64,000 nucleotides of DNA from Octopus bimaculoides (taxonomy: Eukaryota): the NCBI RefSeq assembly GCF_001194135.2, contig NC_068981.1:37681315-37745314 (forward strand), written 5' to 3'. The position numbers and the translations under genes were made by a program. The notes beneath the pieces are model-generated. The model searched no databases. It had not been told where the DNA came from and saw only the letters and a list, made by a program, of their open reading frames with translations. Below, piece after piece: positions 1 to 12,941 of the stretch (the first letter of the stretch is position 1; every line of letters starts with the position of its first letter).

Positions 1-484
1 CAAGGTGCTATGCAGTGAGACTGAACCCAGAACCTTGCAGTTGGGAAACAAGCTTCTTACCACACAGCCATGCCTGTCTTGTGTTTAGTTTATCATTTTT
101 ATAATATAGAGTGGTATAAATTACTGTTGTATATCTTTAGAGAATTAAACAATTCCCTACTTCATATAACGTAAAGTGATATATAGTATATGACTTTACA
201 TAACATAACACGGTGTAATTTGGTGCTTTGTGTAATATATGGTGGTATAATTCACTACATTATATAATATAGGGTGATATATATTATATTGAATAATATA
301 GTACATAAATAGGTACAAGTGTAGCTCTGTGGTAAGAAGTTCAATTCTCACACACATGGTCCAGGGTTCAGTCCTATTCTTTGAAGCTTTGGGAAAGTGT
401 ATTCTTCTATAGCCTTGGGCTTGTATATGGTGCTCCAGCATGACCACAGCCACAGAGCTGAAATGAATAAAAGAACAAAAGAAT

Positions 485-930
485 ATGTATATAGATGAAG
501 TACTGAAGAAAGACCTCAGGAAGGTGAACTTTTCAGGAGAGATGACAAAGAACCGAGATTCTTGGTTCCTAGCCATACTCAAGAAGATCCATACCCTGCA
601 GTAGAAATGTTAAGACTGATCCTGCTGGTGGTGTAAAGTGCTCATGGTGGTTCCACTTAAAAGTGCCCATACAGCATCACATAAAATCACCTGTGTGGTG
701 TTACATAAATACATTTGTGTGGCACCACATAAAAGCACCTGTGTGGTACCATATAAAAGCACCCAGCAAACTCTGTAAAGTGGTTGGCATTAGGAAAGGC
801 ATCAAGCCATAGAAACTGTGCTAAATGAGACTGGAGTCTGGTGCAGCTCCCCTGCTTGCCAGCTTTGGTTAAACTGTTCAACCCATACTAGCATGGACAA
901 TGGATGCTAAATGATGATGATGATGATGAT
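485..930 (+). mobile_element. Degenerate RTE LINE 3' end (C-terminus, 3' UTR, (GAT)n tail)
   Basis: Reads ..DEVLKKDLRKVNFSGEMTKNRDSWFLAILKK, like the RTE C-terminus at 29 kb and 46 kb. It is followed by AAAAGCACC subrepeats, GTGGTTGGCATTAGGAAAGGCATC and a GAT tail. Confidence 0.7.
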
Positions 931-934
931 ATAT

Positions 935-1186
935 CTGTGTGTGTGTGTGTGTGTCATTGTGTCTGTGTTTGTTCCTTCCATTACCATTTAACTATCAGTG
1001 TTAGTGTGTTTATGTCCTGTGTTATCTAGCAGTTCAGCAAAAGTGACTGATAGAATAAATATCAGGCTTTAAAAATAATGAAATAAGACTGGGGTCGATT
1101 TATTTGACTAAAAAGATTCTTCGAGGTGACCCCCAGCATGGCTGCAGTCTAATGACTGAAACAAGTAAAAGATAAAAGATAAAAGA
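935..1186 (+). mobile_element. SINE family S2, 3' half
   Basis: Matches the 3' half of the copies at 48514-48909 (-) and 63461-63720 (+); ends ATGACTGAAACAAGTAAAAGATAAAAGA. Confidence 0.8.
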
Positions 1187-3766
1187 AGTGTTGACAAAGA
1201 AGCTGAGACAACATTGGGTTGAAAGGATCCTTAAGTCTTGTTGAGGACATGACAATCTCTCTGTCGTTAGTAAAAGGCATACAGTACACTCTGTAAAGTG
1301 GCTGGTTATATGAAGGGGTTTATACTATAGAAACTAAGCAAAAGTAAAACACAGTAGTCCTCCAACTTGTTCAGAAGGGTAATAACACTAAAGGAAAATA
1401 TAGTAGTCCTCTGATACATCTAGAAGGGTAGTAACTCAAAATATGAACAAACCTGGAAACTTAAATTTCTATGGCTTATCATATCTATTACCAGTATTTA
1501 AAGCAAATATAAAATGATGATGAGGCTGGTATAATTCATTACTCTATATAATAAAGGGTACAATAGTTTATGAAGTCATATGATACTGAGTGGTATATAA
1601 TAGAGGAGGGTATAATTTACAGCTTTGTATAGTGCAGAATGGTATATTCCACTATTGTATATAATATAGAGTGATATAACTTACTACTTTATAAAGTATG
1701 TATAGTATATAGCAATTGTATGAGAAAATTGACAATTGATACACTATGTTTATAAACTTTCATTCTGTTCATACATAATATTCTAGTATTAACCTGGCAC
1801 ACACTTCTCTAACATCCTCTAGGAGGAAGTTTATCTGTCATCCATTTAAATTTACAGAAACCTAAGATAAGTATTAGTTCATTTAATAGTAGAGATCTCT
1901 GAAAAGAAATGATAATAGATAATAAAGCATATGAATTATTCAAATGCTAGTGAATAAATATCACCTCTTTTAGTAAGGTGGATTACATATGGACAGTAAT
2001 TATTGAACAGAGGTAACTTTAACTTGGTTAATCACAAATATGAAACTATTTCATATATTTCTGAGCATTAAAAATACTTCTTTCTCTGGTGTTTATTGTG
2101 TTAATAGCATAATTGTGATGACAGCACGGTGTCAATGTAACTGATGTCTTGCATAGTACTGTGAGGTAACACATAAGCATAGAAGTATTTCCAAAGGCAA
2201 TAGCTATCATGCAAGAAGGAGCTAAGCACAGTTAGAATAAGATGTAGATAATCATGGAGCTATACTATGTTTTTTACATGCAATGTATCTTTATTACTTT
2301 AGTAAAAGAGGTGAGTAGATTGGCAGAAGCATTAGATTATTTGGCAACATTCCTTTCTGTATTTACTTACAAAATTTTATGTTCTGAGTTCAAATCCTTT
2401 TGAAGTCAAAGTTGTTTTTTGTTTCTCTGGGTGTGATAAAGTAGAGTACCAAACTATTACTGGGGTTGATATAGTCAACTAACAACCATCTTCCATCAAA
2501 ATTTAGAAATAATTGTATGAATTAGAAGCAGTGATAGGAATAAGGTGCCTACACTGCAATGTAGCACTCCAAATCTTACTTCAGCCTCAAATTGTGTACC
2601 TTTTGAGCTTGCAGGTAATAACTCTCAAAACTTCATGTTTCCTGGAGACAAAATTATAATGTTTATGTAAAATGTTTATTCCATACTTATTGTATTTCTA
2701 TTTTATTATTTCTGGCCATTAAATGTAAGTAGCTACATAGCTCCTCTACATCTAGAACCTGCACTACCACAATCCCTTCTCTCATACCTTATACCTCATC
2801 TGTTAGCATAAAGCTCCTCCAATCAGGTTACATAGCCTTGTGAGTTGCATGGCAATCTCACAAGTGGCAGTAGCATAAGTAAAGCATCTAGTACATAATG
2901 TAAGGTGGTTAGTTTAAGGAAGGACTTCCAGCTGCAGAAAACATACCAAAGCAGACACAAGAACACAAGCAGTCTTAGAACCTATTGGATCCTCTCAAGA
3001 GAGCATCAGCGTTAAATGACAATGATGGTGATGATGACAATAATGCTGCTGCTGCTGATGATAATGACGACAATGGTAACAACGATGACAATGATGATGA
3101 AAAATATGGCTTAAATAAGTGCTTAAATTTGTCTCCCAACATTTTGGATATTATTAAGTTATTGCTGTTCTATTTACTTCAAAGTCAGCCTTGATGAAAT
3201 TGATTCATGATCAAAGTCATTTAACCATGAGACCACATTTTATTTTCAACCGTTGATTGTCTAGGAGCACAGCATCTGATATGTCCTTCTGCTCTTAAGA
3301 AGATAGATTGTGATGTGACTGATATTTCTAGCAGGTCAAAATGACCATGTGATTGTTTTCTCATTGACTCATGCAATGTCATGGTTCCAGTTTTTCCCTT
3401 CTGCCATGAAGATAATATAGTGTCTACCATGTATACAAGCATACACGTGTATTAACACCTGTATTTAAATACACACAAAAAATTGTATATAGGTGAACAC
3501 CTTCAACTCTGTTAAACCATGTCTGTGTTAGCAGAGTACAATGTTTATTGAAGTCTTATGCAAAACATTTAATCTATTTCTACTAATAGCTTTTGTAAAT
3601 GTTTATACTCTATTCTCAGTAAAGAAGAAAGAATATGTTTCAAGACTAGACTATTACAATAACCAGCTGCAGCACCAACAATACTTCGCTATCTGACAAA
3701 ATTGAGAAATTGAAATTCAGATTGAATGTTTCAGCAAATAGCTGCAATCCGTTACATAAATATCAC

Positions 3767-3774
3767 CACACACA

Positions 3775-3846
<72 letters not shown>
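3767..3846. repeat. (CA)n microsatellite
   Basis: Directly visible. Confidence 0.95.
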
Positions 3847-3849
<3 letters not shown>

Positions 3850-4256
3850 TTATATACAAGCATGCATATGTTTACTTGTATGTAACCTATATAGTAGGTG
3901 TGTTTATGTGCATGTGTGCCTACATTTTTTATTTAAATTTGTATCTATGTGAAATTATGTAACATACATGTCCATATTTTTATTTATATATTTTCATCTT
4001 ACTTTTCAAATTTATTTTCTCTTATCCCTACCCCTTTGCTTAATGGCCAGAATTTGAAGTTTGTTGTTTAGCAGTTAACTCTCCAATACTTTATTGAATA
4101 TTCCAGAAAGAATGTCATTTCCGCTGTGTATTGATTGAACTTTGATTTTAAAATTAGTTTTACAATATCATGACATGTATGAAACTCTTAGTTTTTGAGT
4201 CACTTCTGCAACTTATATGTATGTATGTATGTATGTATGTACTCTTCTATTCTTAG

Positions 4257-4361
4257 TTACATGGATTCTTCCTCTGAAGAAGGGACTGGTTTCTTATAAA
4301 AATACAAAGCTTCATCACTGGAATGCAAATAATAAAAACAATGTCACAATTTAAACTTGAG
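4257..4361 (+). CDS. Candidate exon with possible start codon (MSQFKLE)
   Basis: CTCTTCTATTCTTAG acceptor, GAG|GTAAGT donor at 4362, AAACAATG context; no homology recognised. Confidence 0.25.
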
Positions 4362-4849
4362 GTAAGTCTTGCATATTTTTACTGTCATACTTATCGATTG
4401 TACTTGTAATGTGTGAGTTGGTTGATTACTTTTTTCTGAAAACCCTAGCTTATCCAGATTGTCATTTAAGCATTTCCTCACAAAACCAAGTGCAGCAGTT
4501 ATTATTGATATAAATGTGAATTTATAATATGGATATTTCTATATCCATATTATAAATTCACATTTAGAAGTTTTGAATATATGCATGATTTTTCTTTGAG
4601 TTTAATTTGAGTTCTCAGTGTTTGTAAATATGTGGGTAAGCTGGTGTGTTGGTTGAACTGTTGATGTATATATCCAAGTGTGTGCATCTATTCACATGAG
4701 AATCTCAGATAGAGAATTTTGGGAATATTTTGCAAATCTTCACTGTGCAACTAATAGATTGAATTTGAAGAATCTGTGACAGTTTCTTTTGCTCTTTTTC
4801 CATGAAACTGAATATTTCTACGTGTTTGTACAAATGTGTATGTATGTAT

Positions 4850-5317
4850 CGTGATGGTACCTGTACCAGTAGATCACTAAGAGCACCGTCCAAGCGTGAT
4901 CGTTGCCAGAGCATCAGTTGTCTGGCTTCTGTGCCGGTGGCACATAAATAGCACCATTTGAGTGTGATCGTTACCAACGTCGCCTTCCTGGCACTTGTGC
5001 CAGTGACATGTGAAAAGGAAATTTGAGCGAGTTCATTGCCAGTGCCGCTGGACTGGCTCCTGTGCAGGTGGCACGTAAAATACACCATTTCGAGCGTGGC
5101 CATTGCCAATACCTCATGACTGGCCTTCGTGCCGGTGGCACGTAAAAGCACCCACTACACTCTCGGAGTGGTTGGCGTTAGGAAGGGCATCCAGCTGTAG
5201 AAACTCTGCCAAATCAGATTGGAGCCTGGTGAAGCCATCTGGTTTACCAATCCTCAGTCAAATTGTCCAACCCATGCTAGCATACAAAGCGGATGTTAAA
5301 CGATGATGATGATGATG
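4850..5317 (+). mobile_element. RTE-related non-coding 3' element with internal subrepeats and (GAT)n tail
   Basis: Repeated GTGGCAC(G/A)TAAAA..CACC units, then GTGGTTGGCGTTAGGAAGGGCATCCAGCTGTAGAAACTCT...GTTAAACGATGATGAT. Homologous copy at 39110-39640. Confidence 0.85.
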
Positions 5318-6976
5318 TATGTATATATGTATGTATGTATAAAACTATGTTGAATACAAAAATGCACAAATCTGTGAAAACATGGGTTTCTTCTTTTGGA
5401 TAAAATTCTTTACTGCTTAGCTATTGCCAACAATAATTACAACACATAATGAATTAGACGATGTATGTGGTTATGTTCGTGGCATGAGAAACTGGAGCAA
5501 AAGACAGAAGAGTGGAGGAAGGGAAAAAAAAAATGTTTTGGATATTAAGTGCTAACAATGTGCTGATTTAAGGAAAACATCATATTTCAGAAATCCTGTG
5601 AAATAATACTAACAAAAAAATATGTTTTCAGTTAAGTTTATATTTGATAACAATAGTGTGTTTGGATATAGTATCAATAACATTTGAGTACACAACGGAT
5701 TTAGACAAAAATGTATAATTAAAAACAAAATTTTAATAACAGATTTCTCTTTGTTGCACTTAAAATCAATGAATAAAATATACTATTTAATAAGAAGAGT
5801 GGGTCTTGATTGATGCAAATGTTAGCAATGGTTTTACATCTATTTAGCTAAAGTGTATTATGATAAATTCCACCAAATCTGATCTACGTATTGATCAGAT
5901 TTATCACATTAAGTTATTTCCATATAACTTGATGGCTTGGAAAATGTCCATAATGTTTGATGTGTGGCAATAGAAAGCTTCACACAGAGGCTATCAATTT
6001 ATTTTAGTACTATTCCTATAGTCAATGAAGGCCACTAGATTTTAATTTGAGCTGTGATAAGGAAGATAAAAAAAAGTTGGGGAGAGTAAAAGGAGGTAAA
6101 AAAACTAAACAAAAATAAAAGTTGGTCCATCAATATTCTAGCAGAGCCTCATTTTATTGCTCTGCAGTTCAGTATAGGTAAAAGAGCCTCATGGCTGCCA
6201 TATATAGCAACCAGCTAGGCATTGATTTGCAATATGCACTAAGAAAGAAAGAAACACAAAAGTTGTCACCATCGCCATGATCATCATCATCATTATCATT
6301 ATTACCATCATTGTCATCATTGTTGTCATCACCATCATCATATTAACGTCCACTTTACCATGCTTGTGTAGGTCAGAAAGAATTCATTTGGGATGGTTTT
6401 AAACAGCCTTATGCCCTTCCTGTTACCTGTTTCCAAGAAAATATATTTCCTCATAGCCAGGCAATCTTTTCACAATTGGTTGGAAATAATGGACTCTGCT
6501 TCTATGCTGGTGATGCTCATTTACAATTATCATTCAATGTCTTGAGAGGGAGCCACAGCACATACAGGCATTTACATCTCTCTCTCTCTCTCTCTCTCTA
6601 TANNNNNNNNNNNNNNNNNNNNNNNNNNNNNNNNNNNNNNNNNNNNNNNNNNNNNNNNNNNNNNNNNNNNNNNNNNNNNNNNNNNNNNNNNNNNNNNNNN
6701 NNNNNNNNNNNNNNNNNNNNNNNNNNNNNNNNNNNNNNNNNNNNNNNNNNNNNNNNNNNNNNNNNNNNNNNNNNNNNNNNNNNNNNNNNNNNNNNNNNNN
6801 NNNNNNNNNNNNNNNNNNNNNNNNNNNNNNNNNNNNNNNNNNNNNNNNNNNNNNNNNNNNNNNNNNNNNNNNNNNNNNNNNNNNNNNNNNNNNNNNNNNN
6901 NNNNNNNNNNNNNNNNNNNNNNNNNNNNNNNNNNNNNNNNNNNNNNNNNNNNNNNNNNNNNNNNNNNNNNNNNNNN

Positions 6977-7505
6977 CTTGGTTTAATATCATCTCCTTTG
7001 AAATAGTCACCTTGCACAGCAATACACCAGTCCCAGCGTCCCGGCCATTTTTGAAGAATCCGGTCTTTTTTCCATAAGTGAGTTGAAGACCTGTGATTTG
7101 CTCTGGATCTCTTATCCAAGATGAAAATGCAGCTGGAAGAGATGGAAGTTCACAGGCACTAAATCTGGCAAATAGGATGAGTGCAGAAGCAATACCATGT
7201 TCTTTGGTGAGAAATTCACAACTGAAGAGAGCTTGGTGACAGGGTGCATTAGTGTTGTGAAGAATCCAGTTCTCCATGCTCCACAGAATCGGTTGCTTTC
7301 ACCAAATGTCCTTGCACAAACACTTCAAAACATTGTTGATTGTCTGCCAACTATCCTCACACACAAGCTGATAAATTTTCCCCAAATTTCCAGGGGTAAC
7401 ACTTGTGGCAGGTCTTCCAGATCGCTCATCATCTACTTTTGATGCCCCTATGCCACTTGAAACATTGTGTACAACCCAATGTCTTGTCGCCATGAGCTTG
7501 CTGAA
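6977..7505 (-). mobile_element. Internally deleted mariner transposase relic
   Basis: Minus-strand frames give GDKTLGCTQCFKW, DDERSGRPATS, WILHNTNAPCH (cf. WILHHDNAPCH) and RWDWCIAVQGDYFKGD; frameshifted. Confidence 0.85.
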
Positions 7506-7539
7506 CAAAAAAAAAAGAAAGAAAGAAACAGAAACAAAA

Positions 7540-8420
7540 AAGAAAGAAAAAGTCAGTTTGCAAGAGATCTGAACGCCAAGACAGATATAGAGGACCGGTG
7601 GCTACGGATGAGGAGAAGTGACCTGAAGATAGAGACTGAAGCACTCATATGCGCAAGCATTAAGGACCAATTATATGAAGTGCAGAATTGACAACACTAC
7701 CGACAGCGACAAAAGCAGATTGTGTGGTGAGAGAGGTGAAATGATATGGCACATCGTTAGCGAATACCCGAAATTGGTACAACGCGAATACAGAAGACGC
7801 CATGACAATGTTGCAAGAATGATCCACTGGGATCTTTGTGGAAATCACGGCCTACAAAGAGCAAAGACGTGGTATGAGCAAACCTCAAGAGTCACCGAAA
7901 ATGAGAACTGCCAAATCCTATGGGATTTGATGATCCAGTACGATCACCTGACCGGACATAGGAAACCGGGCATTGTTGTGGTTAATAAAAAAGAAAGAAC
8001 ATGTATGATTATCGACACAGTATGCTCGGGAGACAACAGGGACTGTGAAAGAAGAAGAAAAGAAACAACTATGACAATTTAAAATTGGAAATACGAAGGT
8101 TGTGGTCAATGAGAAGAGTAGAAGTAATACCAATAGTAATTGGTGCACTTGGAAGTATCAGCACTCAACTACCAATATGGCTGAAAAAGATCGGTGTAAG
8201 TGTGAAGGTAGAATACCTACGAAAATCAACATTGTTTGGAACTGCAAGAATTCTTCACAGGGTTCTCGAAGCATGACCAGTAATCAAGTGCCACCTTAGT
8301 CTGCCGGCTGCGGACAGCTGACACTTTCCATCATACCCAACGAAATAAGCTGTGAGTTTTCATATAACAATGACAACAAAAAAAAAAATAATAATAACAA
8401 TAACAATAATAATAATAATG
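7540..8420 (+). mobile_element. R4/Dong-type RLE non-LTR retrotransposon, 3' fragment
   Basis: DLKIETEALI, SRLCGERGEMIWHIVSE (degenerate zinc knuckle), RRHDNVARMIHW, RKPGIVVVNK..CMIID (PD-D/ExK region), VIPIVIGALG, GTARILHRVL; 3' UTR and (ATA)n tail. Confidence 0.85.
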
Positions 8421-8452
8421 GTTTCAAATTTTGGCACAACGCCAGCAATTTC

Positions 8453-8621
8453 AAGGCCCGTCGCCAGACATGGTGCATGGGGGTGCTTCAGAATATTCAG
8501 TGGGGGAGAGGACACTAATTTTTGTAAACTATTTTTGTAAACTGCATTTTCTAAATCTGAGAGTACATCATTGAATAGTTGAGATCAATATCGTCTAGTG
8601 CACCCCCTTAGCAACGAGCAT
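8453..8621. mobile_element. Possible small MITE inserted in an S1 SINE
   Basis: Imperfect GC-rich inverted ends (GCCCGTCGCCAG..GGGGGTGC / GCACCCCCTTAGCAACGAGC) interrupt the SINE tail between AATTTC and GGGGAGG; no clear TSD. Confidence 0.35.
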
Positions 8622-9169
8622 GGGGAGGACGGAAGTCGACTGCATCAACCCCTATGTTCAGCTGGTACTTACTTTGTAAACCCCTAAAGGGATGAAAGAC
8701 AAAGTTGACCTCGGCGGAATTTGAACTCAGAACGATGATGAAAAAACAAATACTAACACTGAAAATTTATAATTTAATATAGGGGATAATATGAAGGAAT
8801 GTAAATGAAATGTTAGTAAACTCAGTAGGAAGTAGAAATGAGAAAAGGAAGCAGGCACTCTAAGTGACAAATGAAGGCATTAAGGGAAAAGTATGTTAAC
8901 TTAATAGATTGAAAAAATTGTATTAACAAATACGTGGTTATTGAATAGCTAAATAATTCAATAAATAAACTATAGAATAAATTTTAATGTTACCAAATTA
9001 TGAAGAAATATACATAAAGGAATAGCCAGAACTCAGTAAAAGGCTTAAAACCCTAATGGATAAAGTTAGCTATGTTAAGAATTTAAAACCAGTTATCTAT
9101 TTGAGAAGTTTCTTAGTTTGTTACGAAGGTAAAGTTTTGAAGACTTATATTTCAGCAAGTGTTCTTTTC

Positions 9170-10300
9170 AGCCTGTTATTTTGGATAATTCTTTTGTAAA
9201 TATGGTGATTGAATTTTCCATGGTACATAAATTGCAGGGTTGTTTGTAGCCATTATAAGACTCCTGAAACGATCCTCCAGTTACGGGTATAGCATGGTCG
9301 AGGGATATGTCCAAATAGTTAGTTTTGTTAAAGTTAGTTTCAACGTTCATCAGAAATCCAAATTCTGTGAGAAATATGTAAATTTCTCCAAATTGTAAAG
9401 ACAGTAGACAATCATCTCACTATCAAAATTGTTTCTTAAGACCTTAATACCCACTTTTGAAATTATAGTGCCTTTAAAAGTGAAGATATTGGTTCCAAAC
9501 GAAATGTGAGATCTTTTACTTTGTTACTTGATTAGGCAGACCATCCGATTTGATCAAGGGCGGTGAGGATTATGTAAGGGCTTCGTTTGGAGATGAGTAA
9601 AAGATAATTTGAATTTTTGAGTGTTGGTGCCTGCTAACTAGTCAAAGCAATTCAAAATAGTGTGGTTATTATCCTCGTCACTGGTGATGTTGGCTGAAAA
9701 AAAAACGAGGCAAGATATAGAAGTACTCAAAATCAGAGATAATCGAACAAATGTAAGTATTTGGTGAAATGGAAAAGAAATTCTGTGAAGTGGAATAATT
9801 CAAACTATTTGCTGCTGATATTCACTGATTTTTATTAATGTGTGCAGAAATAAAGAAAACGAGAAAAATGTTTCAAAAGATAGATAAAAGAGAGTGTATT
9901 TAGAGAAAGTGGTGTGTAATATACACTGATATAGTAGTGAAAGAAGAAAAAAAAGTAAATGGGCAAGAGTCTCATCATCGTGGGATTTAGTATGCTATTT
10001 ATTAATAAAGAATAAACAGAAATGGAGCGAAGAAGGAATAACACGTTGAACAAAGGATATAAAATTTCGATAATGTTCCAATTTAAAAAGTAGGCTGTAG
10101 AAATTATACCGAAGTGGTAGAGTTCATTTTTACCTTGGGTTGATACAAATTTTTGATCGATTTGAAGTTGCAATAAAAATCGTTTAATTTTACTATGGCC
10201 CCTGGTATGAAGCTGCAGAAGCACGTCAGGTAGTAATTCAAAAACACAGTCTCCTCAAATATTCTGTTGCAGTGATGTTGAAATTTAGGCTAAAATTATA
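9170..10300 (-). mobile_element. Very old Penelope-like RT remnant
   Basis: FLNWNIIEILYPL resembles the PLE RT motif FDIxEFYPSI; VETNFNKTNYLDISLD resembles the PLE ..FLDVTL thumb region. Heavily decayed. Confidence 0.4.
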
Positions 10301-11664
10301 CGCGTTTGCTGAATATTCATCCAATGACAATATTATTAAATGAAAGTTCAGATGATTGCACTACTAGAGCACTCACCGTCAAAACTGACGGAGATCCATT
10401 TTTACTTTTCAATATTTGTAGGTTTATATATGTTTGTGTGCATACATATCTGTCTGTTTGTCTGTCTGTATGTATATGTATTGAAAATTGAATTTGTGGA
10501 AGTGTTTTTCTTGTGCATTACATAGGCTTGGCAGCTTGCTAGTTTACTGTCCAATATTTTGTGTTGCTTTTGAAGGTAACGTTGACTAACATTTTATGAG
10601 TGAATAGTGGGAGATGGAATCAAAAATTCTGCTGATGTCGATGGCAGTTAGAATGGTACATGCAGATAATTTCTATTAACTTGACCAACATGTATTTTCT
10701 ATGTATATTTTACGTTGGTTTGGATGTAGTATGATGGCTCAATGTAATGATCTAAAATCTTGATGGATTTGTTTTGTAGAAGAGAATATGTGATTTAGTG
10801 ATGTCAATTTTTGCGCATATGTATAATATTGTGATGTATCTGTATGGTGTTACTTCACTTCCATTTCAGTTGAGCTTTAGTATTGTTATGAGTTTATCTA
10901 CATTCAGGGACTTCGACAGTGTTGATATAAGGTGTTATTGATGTTGGTGAGTGCAATGATTCCTTCAGGTGTTTTAGACGCATATTTGTGATTCTGTCTG
11001 GTTCTGACGCTTTCCAATTTTATATTTCCGTGTTGTTTTCCTGAGTCTGATAAACAGAAGTGTTCGAAGTAAAAGATAACTATTTTTTTGTATTAATGTC
11101 TTATCTGGGCAGTTTTTGGTGGTTGATTTTTAAGAAATGTTAATATTGGCGATTTCTTTATGTTACAATGTAGAGATATTATTTGAGGTTATTATTCCGA
11201 TACAGGGTGTGGTGTGATCATCACTGTTATTGATGATGATGATGATGATGATAATGATGATGATGATGATTATGATGGGGATGATGATGGTGATGATGAT
11301 GATAATTACATAGTGTTTTACTGTTAGCTTTGTGGTTTATGTTGGATACAGATGTTTTCCAATGTTCTGTTTCTATTTATTTATTTTGTTATTTCCTTGT
11401 TTAGCTGTTTGATACTAAGTTTTATTTCGGTTGTGTGTAGTTTTTGTGTATTGTTTGAGGTTGTCTGTAGTTTTTATGAGGTTAGCTATTTCTGGTATGT
11501 AATTAGGGTTGTGGGATGAATTTTTTAGAGACGTCTATAATTATTTTGTTCAATGTATGTACAGAAGTGTGTATATTCTGAAAACCTTGATTGCCTGAGT
11601 TTGGGCATTAATGTGCGTGCGTGTGCATATGTAGATATGTACAAGTGTAAATGTGTGATATATA

Positions 11665-11706
<42 letters not shown>

Positions 11707-11716
11707 NNNNNNNNNN

Positions 11717-11763
<47 letters not shown>

Positions 11764-12292
11764 TCAGATATTCATATTCATATACACATGTACATATATG
11801 TATATATGTAGACATATATATATATGAAAGCATATGTATATATGCATATATATATATATTCACATCATTTTCGTAATTATTTACTGTCTTTCATTCTTGA
11901 TGGCATGGGGGTGCATTGTTTAATATCATCTTGCAAGATGCCACCATGTTCAAATGTCTGCTCTTTCATGGTTTCTAAAACTAGATGCCCTTACACTAAA
12001 ACAAACCGAAAGATAATTGAACCAGTTTTACCTGTTGCTTTCCACATCATCAGGTACGTCTACTTCATTTGTTCTACGCAGAGGGAGAGAGAGAGAGAGC
12101 GAGAGAGAGGATAACTTTTAAATAAAGTGTCTCCTTGATCATCCATTGTAGTTAGGCATCCAAATATACTTGGAGCATCTAACGGGGAGTTCCAGATAAC
12201 TGCAATAGGGAAACGTACGTAGAAACTAATAACTTATACATATGTATGCATATTTCAATTTTCCACTGTCTCTATAATATACACACACGCGC

Positions 12293-12326
<34 letters not shown>

Positions 12327-12685
12327 ATATGCATATACATACATACATACCCAGTGTACACACACACACATATATATATACACACATTAGATATGTATGT
12401 ATATGCATATATGTACATATGTATTTGTACATGTGTGTGTGTGTGTGTATGTATATTCACAATAGAACATTAAAATATGAATACATATGTATAAGTTATT
12501 AGTGTCTACGTACGTTTCCTCTATTGTAGTTATCTGGTACTCACTGTTAGATGCTCCAAGTATATTTGGATGCCTAACTGCAATGGATGATCAGGGAGAC
12601 ACTATTTAAAAGTTATTCTCTATCTCTATCTCTATCTCTCTCTCTCCCTTTGAATAGAACAAATGAAGCAGACATATCTGATGAT

Positions 12686-12941
12686 CATTATTTACATTAT
12701 TTACAATTGACTGGTATTTGTCCTCATCTTGTTTGTTGTTAACACAGCATTTCGGCTGATACACCTTCCAGCCTTCATCAGGTGTCTTGGGGAAATTTCG
12801 AACCTGGGTTTTCATTCCTAAGGTATTTTTCGATGTTGTTGTTGTTGTTATTATTATTATTATTATTATTCAGGTCACTGCCTGAAATCGAACTCGGAAT
12901 CTTGCAGTTAGTAGCCTGCGTTCTTGACCACTACGCCATGC
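12686..12941 (-). mobile_element. tRNA-derived SINE (S3) with embedded hammerhead-like motif
   Basis: A box TGGCGTAGTGG (12928-12938), B box GAGTTCGATTTC (12884-12895), 8-bp TSD CTGATGAT at 12678-12685 and 12942-12949. Confidence 0.85.
12741..12786 (-). ncRNA. Minimal type I hammerhead-like motif, probably inactive in this copy
   Basis: GACAC-CTGATGA-A-GGCTG(10 nt)CAGCC-GAAA-TGCT-GTGTT. Stems I and II pair, but position 16.1 is C rather than U and there is an extra A after the core. Confidence 0.5.

Noticed and set aside
2303-2310. 8-nt exon between TTTAG and GTGAGT
   Set aside because: The donor is part of a decayed S1 SINE head.
4900-5160. CRISPR-like look of constant cores with variable spacers
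   Set aside because: The spacers are homologous between 4.9 kb and 39.2 kb, the units are imperfect, the context is eukaryotic and there are no cas genes. This is a retroelement subrepeat.
9325-9355. CTGATGA-ACGTT-GAAA on the minus strand (similar cases near 59205 and 62080)
   Set aside because: Stem II is too short or absent and there is no stem I.
12041-12055. CTGATGA motifs at the outer ends of the foldback (also 12678 and 12942)
   Set aside because: There is no stem II or correctly placed GAAA/NUH; two of them are simply the TSD.
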